From the IMG/VR virus record IMGVR_UViG_3300020050_014748: 64,000 nt of DNA; one strand, 5' to 3'. The position numbers were made by a program, and so were the translations under genes. Positions 45,915 through 55,090 of the stretch are shown here, in pieces. The stretch is from a virus. Its lineage: Duplodnaviria > Heunggongvirae > Uroviricota > Caudoviricetes. Below the pieces are notes generated by a model, which saw only the letters and a program-made list of their open reading frames with translations, ran no database searches and was not told the origin of the DNA. Within the stretch, counting starts at the first letter, position 1, and each line of letters opens with the position of its first letter.

Positions 45915-48071
45915 TTAATATATGAAATCTATTAACGCTTTTGCTGTTGCTTGTTCTTTAGGTACACCACTATAATCCACTGATGATGGATTTGGTTGAC
46001 TTATTAGATCTATGTATTCTCTTAGGTTAAATTCTGGATTTCCCTTTTTTGCAGTTTCGTTTTGTTTGTAAATTGCAGACAATATCATTGGATCTATGTT
46101 TTTATTGTCTTTAATGAACTGATCTTCTGTTTTCGGTGCCTTTGGCTTCGCTAGAAATGTACCCCAGAACGTATTATTATCACCACTTAATTGCTTAACG
46201 GCTTTATTTATATCATTGTAATTAGAGAGAATATATCCAGTTATTCCTGTTCCTTGTCCATCTTTTATGTCTCCGATTGCACCGCCAAGTAGTGATTGTG
46301 CCATACCCAATACTCTAGGTGCTAGACTTTTTGCGGTATTTTCATTAATAACACCACTATTTACATAAAGGTTAAAACTATCTACAATTGCAGATGAATA
46401 CTCTTGGGCCTTTTTTAATCCTTCAGGTGATGTATCTGGTGATTGTGTTAGATCGTAAACTTCTTCAATCCCAGCTCTTGTCCATATATCAATTCCAGCC
46501 ATAGCGTCTGCATCTCCATAAACAGAGAAGTTTTGTATTATACCAGGGAGGTTTGCTGTTTTTTTGATTCTACCATTTTCGTCAAGAATACTATCCTTGA
46601 AAACACCGTAATCTTTATAAAAGTCAGTTCTTCCTGATGCTATATCTGCATTCTCTCTTAGTAACTTACTAAGATTTTGTTCTTGTGTAAGTCTTGTGAG
46701 CATCTTCCCAGGTGCATCCTCTAGTGTTTTATACATATCAATAAGAACCTTCTTTGTTTCATCATATCTATCTTCTATATTATCCATTGCACTAGTGTAT
46801 AATCCTTGTGCTTCAGTGTATTGAGTCTTTACATTATCAAGATCTGATTGGAAATTTTTTATATTATTATCAACATAATCTGCATATCTCTGGTTTTGTC
46901 TCCCCTTGAGGGTATACAAATAATTCTTGTAATTTTTATACATAGCGTCAGTAACAGGATTACTTGTGTCTGTATTTGCAACAGTTTCATTAACATCATC
47001 AATCATTTTATTGATATCAGAAACATATTGATCTCTTGCTTTAACGTAGTCAATACTTGTATCTACTGCATTTGGAGACATATCCTGCAGTTCTTTTGCT
47101 TTATTAAGAAGTTCAGTAACACCATATTTTTTATCCAGCTCTTCTCCTAATTTTCCGATTTGACCTTCTTCCATTAATCCAAGCATTTGTTGTGCGAAAT
47201 ATTCAGATCCTGTATTTTTTCCGATAAAAGAAGGCGCAACACCCATAGCGTCTTCTAATGTTGCGTATCTTGGTGTAGTAGAACTTGGTGTCCCAGTAGA
47301 TGTTGTTGTACTACCTCCCGTTGTTTTAGGTACTGTAACATTTCCGACTTTCTGGGTTGTTTGTGATCCAGTTTGAGTTGGTGTAGTTTTTGTTGTTGTT
47401 GAAACGGTTCCGTCAGATTTCTTTACCGTTGTCTGAGTAGTAGCAACTGGTGTATTGTTTGATTTTAATTGATTAAGTTTTATATTATCTTGAACACTTT
47501 TCTGGAATTCATCAAAAGCTGTAAGTTTTGTTTTTGATCCACCCGCTAAAAACGATGTATCTTCTACTTTTTTAAGAGGGGAAAGAGTTAATGGTTCTGT
47601 TTTTGTGGGTGTGGTTGTTTTTGTTGTACTTGGAGTATAAGAATTACCAAACATGCTCTTCATTATGCTGTCTATGTTTGTATCTAATTTATTCGTGTTT
47701 GTTTTAAGAGTGGGAGCACTTGGAAACACCACAACTTTTGTCCCTTTTGTTGTACTTACTGGAGGGGTCGTTAAGCCACTTGAGCCAGATGAAGATCCTC
47801 CAAGTGAGAGACCTGATATTGGTGTAAAATTAGACGGTATTGAAAGACCTTGTGATGAAGATGTGTTCAGTGAGTTACCTTGTGCTCCTATATTCAATGG
47901 TCCACCTTGTCCATCATACTTACTCATTGATTTTTTTACAATAGAAAGTATTGATTTTGCTTTTGCACGTTTTGTGCTTCCAATAGGCGCATTAACTGCA
48001 TCATAAATAACCGAAGATAGCTTCGGGTGGTTCATAATTGAATTTATAATAGCATCTTTTTCTTTACTCAT
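45915..48071 (-). CDS. Thr/Ser-rich virion protein (718 aa)
   Basis: Long low-complexity T/S linkers and a coiled-coil region; in the structural block next to the giant protein. Confidence 0.55.
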   Translation of the reverse strand: MSKEKDAIINSIMNHPKLSSVIYDAVNAPIGSTKRAKAKSILSIVKKSMSKYDGQGGPLNIGAQGNSLNTSSSQGLSIPSNFTPISGLSLGGSSSGSSGLTTPPVSTTKGTKVVVFPSAPTLKTNTNKLDTNIDSIMKSMFGNSYTPSTTKTTTPTKTEPLTLSPLKKVEDTSFLAGGSKTKLTAFDEFQKSVQDNIKLNQLKSNNTPVATTQTTVKKSDGTVSTTTKTTPTQTGSQTTQKVGNVTVPKTTGGSTTTSTGTPSSTTPRYATLEDAMGVAPSFIGKNTGSEYFAQQMLGLMEEGQIGKLGEELDKKYGVTELLNKAKELQDMSPNAVDTSIDYVKARDQYVSDINKMIDDVNETVANTDTSNPVTDAMYKNYKNYLYTLKGRQNQRYADYVDNNIKNFQSDLDNVKTQYTEAQGLYTSAMDNIEDRYDETKKVLIDMYKTLEDAPGKMLTRLTQEQNLSKLLRENADIASGRTDFYKDYGVFKDSILDENGRIKKTANLPGIIQNFSVYGDADAMAGIDIWTRAGIEEVYDLTQSPDTSPEGLKKAQEYSSAIVDSFNLYVNSGVINENTAKSLAPRVLGMAQSLLGGAIGDIKDGQGTGITGYILSNYNDINKAVKQLSGDNNTFWGTFLAKPKAPKTEDQFIKDNKNIDPMILSAIYKQNETAKKGNPEFNLREYIDLISQPNPSSVDYSGVPKEQATAKALIDFIY

Positions 48072-48072
48072 A

Positions 48073-48501
48073 TTATTTTAGATATTTCTTTGGATTTTTA
48101 AATTTGCCGAAAGAATCTACAATTCTATAATCTAAGTGGTCAGATGGGCCACCAGAATTTGAATAACTAGATCCACTGTCACCCATTGATCCAATGATTT
48201 TATTCTTAGGAACCATTTCCCCTGGTTTTACCATAATATCACGAAGGTGGCTATATCTATGTACGTTATTCTTTTTATCTTTTACTAAAATAGAATTCCC
48301 AAAACCATGATCTCCGTTTTTTTGCCCCGGCTTTACACCCACAACCTGACCTTCCTCCATGTTTGGAATAGGTGTTCCCTTTTTATTAGCGATATCTACG
48401 CCAGGGTGAAACTTTTCGTACTTAGTCTTACCTCCGTATTGGGTGGTAATATTCCCTAACGATGACAAGTTTGGATATTTCTTTTTTGGGACATTCTCCA
48501 T
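48073..48501 (-). CDS. M23-family peptidase (LytM-like endopeptidase)
   Basis: HPGVDIA (HxGxD) and a C-terminal GDSGSS...HLDYRI (HxH-like) motif. Confidence 0.6.
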   Translation of the reverse strand: MENVPKKKYPNLSSLGNITTQYGGKTKYEKFHPGVDIANKKGTPIPNMEEGQVVGVKPGQKNGDHGFGNSILVKDKKNNVHRYSHLRDIMVKPGEMVPKNKIIGSMGDSGSSYSNSGGPSDHLDYRIVDSFGKFKNPKKYLK

Positions 48502-48525
48502 ATCAAGCCATTATATCATAAGTTT

Positions 48526-51500
48526 CTATTTTTTACTTGCTTTTATGGCAGCAAGCGTGTCTTTACCAAGAATACCGTCAGGTGTAACCCCCGCCTTAAT
48601 TTGATATGCCTGGAGTGCACTTGCTGTTTTTTGACCAAATATTCCATCTACTGTTCCTGCACCATAATTGTTTTCATTCAAGAAGCTTTGTAGTTCACTA
48701 ACATAATTACTTTTTGCAGATCCTTGTTTTAAGTTACCATTCGTTAACCATGAATCATAATTGTATTTTGATCCAGTTACAGCAGTTGAAGCGCCATCTG
48801 TGGTACCTGTACCCATGTTACCAGCTGCTTTACTTGAATTTTCGAGTCCTTGGTTTTGCACGTTATAAGTAGATGGATCGTACTGTTTATTTTCTGATCC
48901 TGTTGTACTAAAAGTATCCTTATTTGAAGGTGAGTCAAATAAGTTTTCCTTATTACTCATTTCTTTTTCTTTTGCAAGTTTTAACTCAAGCTCGCTATTT
49001 GTCGTTAATAATTTGTTGTTTTGAAATTCTCTTGCTTTTTCTGAATTTGTAAGTTTATCTTTATAGAAATTAGTATAAAGACTACTTCTATAGTTTCCAT
49101 TCTCATCAAGAACAGAATCTCTATAAGCCTGTGCTTCTGCATCTGTTAATGTTGGATCAGCTTTCTTTATGTTTTCAAGACTAAACTTTTCTAGAATATC
49201 AGAAGATGGGGTTAATCCGAGTCTTTGTCTTTGTTCCGCAGAAAGAGCAGCTATTTGAGCTGGTGTTCCATATGTTCTAAGGTTATTCATCTCGGTTCTT
49301 TCTTCTTCTGTTAGTTTTATGTTTCTATTTCTTGAGTCAGCTAATCTTGCAGATTTCAGAACTTCATCAACGGCTTCATTTTTAAGTCCACTTTGTTGTA
49401 TACCTCTTTGGTTGTATGTTTCTTCAAGATTTTGAATCTGCTTCCATGCATTATTTGAATTATCACTAAGTGTTATTCCAAGGTCTCTCTCTACATCTTC
49501 CCTGAACTGTCTCATTTTTTCATCAGCAAGAGCTTTTTGTTGTTCTGTTTCAGCAGAAGCAACATCTGTTAATGCATCATAATATTGAGTTTTTATTTCA
49601 GATGCTAAGGCTTTCCATTCTGGTGTACCAGGTTTAGGGAGTCTCTCTGAGTATGCAGCAAAGAAGTCATCAGGTAGGTCACTTAATCCGTACTTTAATA
49701 TCTTAGGATCAAGTGTTCTCATCTTTGAATTAGACGGTAATAGTGTTTCCATTGCCTTAGAAGCTGCTTTTCCACTATCTGTTAACACGTAATCTGCTTT
49801 CTTTGCTGTTGGGTCTATAAATTTAGCCTCAGGAACTGTTTTCCCAAGTTTCTTTTGTTGCTGTGAATACATATCAGCGTAAATATCTCCCATTGTGTAT
49901 CCACCATAAGCTAAGGCACTTATATAGAACGCCATTTGTTTTGGGTCGTTTTTTATTTTAGTGACAAAGTCTTGTGTTAATTCACCAAACACTTTACCGA
50001 TATCTGCTTCGTCTTTAATAAACTTAGAAGCAGACCTTTCTGCTGATTCTGCTCTCTGGTTTCCATATAGATTTAGCGAATTAGATCCTTGTGTTGTTGA
50101 ACCCGATTGTGAGTTTGTTTGTGATCCTGTTTGTGATCCTGTTTGTGATCCTGTTTGTGGGGTATTTTCAACTCCAGGTTGAACCCCAGGTTGCACTTCT
50201 GTTTGTTGATTACCACTACCGGTGTTATTGGTATTTGTTTTTGGTTTTGAGTTATTTATTGCTTCTACAGTGCGTGGTCCTACAATACCGTCATCAACAA
50301 GTCCATTTTCTTTTTGGAATTTTTTAACAGCGGCTTCAGTTAATGGTCCAAACTTTCCATCTGCTGTAAGATTTGCACCTTTTGTATTTAAAAACTCTTG
50401 AAGTTTCTTGATATCAGTAGAAGATCCTGTATTTAATTTCAAGTTTCCAGAAAAGGATAACTGTTGCATGTTATTTGTTTGTGCAGTTGTATCAACACCC
50501 ATATTATTGCTTTCTTTTGTAGAAGTATTAATTCCACTAAAACCAACATCCCCTGCTTTTGCGTTATTAAAATTATTATTTTTTTGTACAAGTTGTGTTA
50601 ATTCTTGAACTGTATTAATGTTAGATATATCAATACCTGCATTTTTTGCTTGACCTTTTGCTTCATCAAAAAAAACTTGGTGATCTAATGCCCCTTTTAA
50701 ATCACTGCCTGTATACCCACTTTTTTTTGCTGTGTTTAATAAACCAATGTTATTTAAAACATTATTATAAGTACCTTTTTCTGTTAGAAACTTTTTAGCA
50801 ACCTCGTCCACTTTTACATAATCCAGCCAGTGTGATCTTTTGCTTTTTCCTAATTCTGGAACATACCCCTTAGCTAAAGCATCATCATAAGACATATCTT
50901 TTAACCCTTGCTTTGCCGCTTCGTCAAACAACTGTACTGTTGCAAGTAGTGATGAATATTTTTGTAGTGTTTCTGGGTTTTTTAGATCATCCCTATGTTT
51001 TATTGAATAATCTAATTCAGTAACTGCATCTGGGTATGTGTATTTTAGAATAGTTGGGATTTCTGGTGTATATTGGATGTTACTTGGTGATGTGTTAACA
51101 CTTTGATTTGATGATTGAGGTGTATTTTGTTGTGGTGCTTGTTGATTAACGACCGACTGTGTTGTTTTTTTGTTTATAACACTTAATGTATTTGGACCAA
51201 CAATACCATCAGGTGTTAAGCCGTTTGAGTTTTGGAATTTCTTGACAGCTGCTTCTGTGAGGGGTCCAAATTTACCATCAGCGGTTAATCCAGCATTCTG
51301 TGTAGTATTTAAAAAATTCTGAAGTTTCTTAATGTCCTCACTTGACCCTGTATTTAATTTAAGATTCCCCGAGAAAGATAATTGTTGAATATTGTTATTT
51401 AAAGCACTTGGTGTTGTATTTTTATTAATATTACTTGTATTTGAGCTTTGTTGAAACGCTTTTTCAGATGCAACATTAGAATAATCACCTTTTACATCAG

Positions 51501-52314
51501 ATGACATATCTATAATTGTTTTATTTACCTGTCCAGTTCGTGGATCATAAGCATCACCGTATAAATCCTTAGTATCAACTCTTGTTATATTTTCTAGTGG
51601 ATTCGGTATTGTGTTTTTGGATGAATTTGGGTTATATCCATTCCATGGAATACCTAATGCTGTTGTTATTTCTTTTATTGAAGTACCCAAACTTCCCGTG
51701 ATTGATTTTTTCTCTCCATTATTGTTATAGGTCCAATACTCAACAGCAATATTACTTCCACTTATATTTGGATCTATGTAATTTGTTTGATATATAACAC
51801 CGGGTGTTTTGTATTTACTGTGTGGGTCTCCATTATCATCAACAAGAGTTCCACCAACAGGAATAGATCCTGTTGTTGTGTACATCTTTCCATTAAGAAC
51901 ATATTTTTGTTCCTTTTGAACCTTTGGTGATGTTGTATCGTATGTTGAAGGATTTGGGCCCATGTCAGGTGCCATAACGGCCTTAATCTGATTTAGGTCA
52001 CCTTTATAACCAGATTGAGCTGCTTTTTGTACAGCAAGATCATTGAGTGACATTAAATTTGTTTTTATAGCGTTATCACTCCCGAAGTCTTTTTTTGCAT
52101 CACCTTGACTTATATATAAACCAAGTTCCCCCCCTGTCAAGGATGGACTTGCTAGAAATTTTTGTGTTAAATCTTTTGGATTATAAACAATATTCTCGTA
52201 TGGATTACCTGGAATAGGAGACCATTTCCAATCTCTTGTAACCTGAAAATCACCGTATTGATGATACGGTGCACTGTATAATTTTTCGTAATAAGCGCGG
52301 GATGCAGCTGACAT
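48526..52314 (-). CDS. large virion protein (1262 aa) with three peptidoglycan-binding (PG_binding_1) domains; tape-measure/ejection-associated candidate
   Basis: Three copies of LQ.FLN...LT.DGKFGP.T..AV..FQ...GL..DGI.GP.T. Low-complexity QTGS repeats. Confidence 0.6.
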   Translation of the reverse strand: MSAASRAYYEKLYSAPYHQYGDFQVTRDWKWSPIPGNPYENIVYNPKDLTQKFLASPSLTGGELGLYISQGDAKKDFGSDNAIKTNLMSLNDLAVQKAAQSGYKGDLNQIKAVMAPDMGPNPSTYDTTSPKVQKEQKYVLNGKMYTTTGSIPVGGTLVDDNGDPHSKYKTPGVIYQTNYIDPNISGSNIAVEYWTYNNNGEKKSITGSLGTSIKEITTALGIPWNGYNPNSSKNTIPNPLENITRVDTKDLYGDAYDPRTGQVNKTIIDMSSDVKGDYSNVASEKAFQQSSNTSNINKNTTPSALNNNIQQLSFSGNLKLNTGSSEDIKKLQNFLNTTQNAGLTADGKFGPLTEAAVKKFQNSNGLTPDGIVGPNTLSVINKKTTQSVVNQQAPQQNTPQSSNQSVNTSPSNIQYTPEIPTILKYTYPDAVTELDYSIKHRDDLKNPETLQKYSSLLATVQLFDEAAKQGLKDMSYDDALAKGYVPELGKSKRSHWLDYVKVDEVAKKFLTEKGTYNNVLNNIGLLNTAKKSGYTGSDLKGALDHQVFFDEAKGQAKNAGIDISNINTVQELTQLVQKNNNFNNAKAGDVGFSGINTSTKESNNMGVDTTAQTNNMQQLSFSGNLKLNTGSSTDIKKLQEFLNTKGANLTADGKFGPLTEAAVKKFQKENGLVDDGIVGPRTVEAINNSKPKTNTNNTGSGNQQTEVQPGVQPGVENTPQTGSQTGSQTGSQTNSQSGSTTQGSNSLNLYGNQRAESAERSASKFIKDEADIGKVFGELTQDFVTKIKNDPKQMAFYISALAYGGYTMGDIYADMYSQQQKKLGKTVPEAKFIDPTAKKADYVLTDSGKAASKAMETLLPSNSKMRTLDPKILKYGLSDLPDDFFAAYSERLPKPGTPEWKALASEIKTQYYDALTDVASAETEQQKALADEKMRQFREDVERDLGITLSDNSNNAWKQIQNLEETYNQRGIQQSGLKNEAVDEVLKSARLADSRNRNIKLTEEERTEMNNLRTYGTPAQIAALSAEQRQRLGLTPSSDILEKFSLENIKKADPTLTDAEAQAYRDSVLDENGNYRSSLYTNFYKDKLTNSEKAREFQNNKLLTTNSELELKLAKEKEMSNKENLFDSPSNKDTFSTTGSENKQYDPSTYNVQNQGLENSSKAAGNMGTGTTDGASTAVTGSKYNYDSWLTNGNLKQGSAKSNYVSELQSFLNENNYGAGTVDGIFGQKTASALQAYQIKAGVTPDGILGKDTLAAIKASKK
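50117..50160. repeat. 12-nt tandem repeat (tttgtgatcctg, about 3.5 copies) encoding (QTGS)n
   Basis: Direct tandem copies visible in the sequence. Confidence 0.7.
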
Positions 52315-52317
52315 ATA

Positions 52318-52893
52318 TTATTTTCCGTTATAGTAAATCATTCCCTCTTCAGGTCCCGACTGATTAGACCCTCCGACACCCATAGCCTGTTCTGGAGGCA
52401 TAGGTGGTTGTCCCATTGTTTGTTCACTTGGCATTCCAACCTCAGCTGGTGTTTCTGGTGCTTCGTCCATTGGAGCACCCATAGATGAGAATAATTTATC
52501 AAGAGCAGAAACCGCCTTGTTTTCAGCTCCATCATCTACTGGTTGTCCATATCTTTGACCTAGCTGGTAAGGGCTAAATTCAATTTCCTTCATTGATCCA
52601 TCTGGACCAATACCGTACTCATTATTAAGAACTTCATAATCTTCTAGTATTCCACCTTCACCAAGTTCATTGCTTGATAATTTCACAACGGCCCTTTGTG
52701 CTTCTGCTGGATTATCAAAAAGATTATCAAACTGAGACTCATCCATAAATGGTCTAAGGGTTTTATTTGTAGAATCTACAAGCCAAAGAGACGTAGAGTC
52801 TTGGTCTGATTCATTAACTAGTCTAATAAGGGCTGATTTTCCTATAAATATAGGGGTACCTTTAGATGGTTGTTTTGGGAGTTCGTTTGGCAT
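52318..52893 (-). CDS. hypothetical virion-block protein with Pro/Met/Gly-rich C-terminus
   Basis: ORF. Confidence 0.45.
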   Translation of the reverse strand: MPNELPKQPSKGTPIFIGKSALIRLVNESDQDSTSLWLVDSTNKTLRPFMDESQFDNLFDNPAEAQRAVVKLSSNELGEGGILEDYEVLNNEYGIGPDGSMKEIEFSPYQLGQRYGQPVDDGAENKAVSALDKLFSSMGAPMDEAPETPAEVGMPSEQTMGQPPMPPEQAMGVGGSNQSGPEEGMIYYNGK

Positions 52894-53135
52894 ATTAGTT
52901 TTGTTTTACTTCTTCGGTTTCTTCTTTTTTGCTTAACATTTTCATGTTTTTTATAACAAGATCAAGTATCCCACTTAGTTCTATTAAGCCAGTTACCTCA
53001 GCTTTTGCAACCCTAACAGTATCACCATCTGTTTCAATTATAATTTGTCTTATTTTGTTATTTTCCATATATTTTTTAGAAATTGTATTAATATTGTTAT
53101 TATAACATTAGTACATCTTATAATAACAATAAATA

Positions 53136-55088
53136 TTACTCATTTGGGTCTTCTGAGATAGAGAATGCTGAACCAACTATCATTTCCGTTGATGACCTTG
53201 CTATACCTATGGAATTTCTTGTTAGGCCACTACTTGACACAGTTCCACTACCTGAGTTTTCAGTTAAAACAAAAGCCAAGTCTTTATTTGTATCAGACAC
53301 ACCAGATAGCCATAATTCCCCACTTGAATAAACACTAGAGTTTGAATATCCAATATTGAGTTCACCTGAATTATTTGCTTGAAACTCAAAAAGATAATTA
53401 TAACTACCAATTAAACCGTTGGTTATATTATAAACACTAATAGAGTCAGGGTATCGTGAGTTTTTAACAAGTGGTATTGTTATAAAATTTTCACCAGTTC
53501 CTACAATACTAGCATTTCCTGTTACTACCCATTTGGCAGCTCTATAAGTATAAGTAATAGTCCCGGTTGCTGGAGTTGTTGGTGTACCAGAGACAGCATA
53601 TGTAACCGTTGTTGTTGTTGGTCTTGTTAATATTTTATGCCATCCATTATATTCAGATTCATTGGCTCCCGCTATAAAAATATAATCACCGACAATTGCC
53701 TCACTTGAAGGTAAGGTTGCGGTTGTTGTAACAGTAGCAGTACTTCCAGATCTTGTTATTGATGTAACACCGGCACTTGTGTGAATTGACCTATTTGACG
53801 GTCCGCCTTCTGTATCAAATAATTCATAAAATCTAGCTGTATAACCATAAGATCCTGTTCCCAGTGGCGATGTTAACCTAAGTGATATACTAACTGGTGA
53901 TATTCTTAATAATTTAATTGTTTGCCCGACACTTAAACTCGCATCGTATGTTGCATTTCTTGTGTCTTGCCTTATTGTTGTTTTGTTTGTTGAATAGACA
54001 TTACTAGAGTCTGGTAGCATGTATAAATTACCAGCTGTTAGCCCTGTTGTTTTATATATACCGTTTCTAACTACTCTTATTTTTTTATTTGCATCATATG
54101 TAAATGTTGCATTACCTCCTCCTCCTGTTAATGTTAATACGTCTCCATCTGTATATCCAGTTCCGTAGTCAATTATAAATAAAGATATTACTACACCAGA
54201 TCCATTTGATGAGTATGAAACAACACAACCAGATCCTGTTCCGCCTGTTGTTGTTGATGTTCCTGTAACATTAGCGGTAAATCCTGTTCCACCTGAAATA
54301 ATCTCAGCTGGTGATCCAGAATCAAGTGCGATTCCAGTTCTTCTTTGTGCTGGAAAAAGACAACTACCCTTAATTATTTTACCTTTATTATCATCATCAC
54401 CACCTACTAATACTACAAAATTTCCAGCAGAGATATCTTCTCTTGTAATAAATTTATTAATAAGAGTAAAATCAGAAACCTGAAGACCATCAGTTGTTGA
54501 ATAAGACATGCTTGAATCAGTGTTTCCAATAAATAGATCACCTGACTCGTATACCCTAAAAACAGCATTTTCCTTGTTATTAAAAGTAGATCCAGCCCAA
54601 AAACGAACATCATCACCACCTGTTATTTCAGATGAAAGACCAAAACTGTCAGCAATATCAGTGATATAGTTAGGTCCTATTATAAATCCCCCAATATTCC
54701 CAGTTAATGCATTAATATTACCAGAAACATATACATTGACAAACTCAGCGTACCCAGTAGGTCCATCAAGCCAAAAACCTTGTTTTTTAGGTTTCCAGTT
54801 TGAAGACTTTATAAATGTATTTATCCATAAATCAGAAATAGCTCCACTGTCTTTAGTAGGCATGTTTTCTGTGTTTCCATTACCCGCAGTATTCTCTGTT
54901 GTAGCAACTTGGCTTGAACCTAAATTTGTTGCAGTTTCAACACCTTCACCACTACCAACAGGAACACCCTCTGACCCAGCGGTATTTAGTGAGTGTAGGG
55001 AATCAGAAGTACCCGAAGCGCCTTGTTCAGCACCACGGTTCATGAAAGAATCATATGGGGAGTCAAGAGTTTCGTAGTTTAATGCCAT
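53136..55088 (-). CDS. Gly/Thr-rich tail fiber-like protein
   Basis: 650 aa, G/T/S-rich; shares a degenerate copy of the GGTGY...GGNATFT repeat domain with the next gene. Confidence 0.5.
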   Translation of the reverse strand: MALNYETLDSPYDSFMNRGAEQGASGTSDSLHSLNTAGSEGVPVGSGEGVETATNLGSSQVATTENTAGNGNTENMPTKDSGAISDLWINTFIKSSNWKPKKQGFWLDGPTGYAEFVNVYVSGNINALTGNIGGFIIGPNYITDIADSFGLSSEITGGDDVRFWAGSTFNNKENAVFRVYESGDLFIGNTDSSMSYSTTDGLQVSDFTLINKFITREDISAGNFVVLVGGDDDNKGKIIKGSCLFPAQRRTGIALDSGSPAEIISGGTGFTANVTGTSTTTGGTGSGCVVSYSSNGSGVVISLFIIDYGTGYTDGDVLTLTGGGGNATFTYDANKKIRVVRNGIYKTTGLTAGNLYMLPDSSNVYSTNKTTIRQDTRNATYDASLSVGQTIKLLRISPVSISLRLTSPLGTGSYGYTARFYELFDTEGGPSNRSIHTSAGVTSITRSGSTATVTTTATLPSSEAIVGDYIFIAGANESEYNGWHKILTRPTTTTVTYAVSGTPTTPATGTITYTYRAAKWVVTGNASIVGTGENFITIPLVKNSRYPDSISVYNITNGLIGSYNYLFEFQANNSGELNIGYSNSSVYSSGELWLSGVSDTNKDLAFVLTENSGSGTVSSSGLTRNSIGIARSSTEMIVGSAFSISEDPNE

Positions 55089-55090
55089 AT

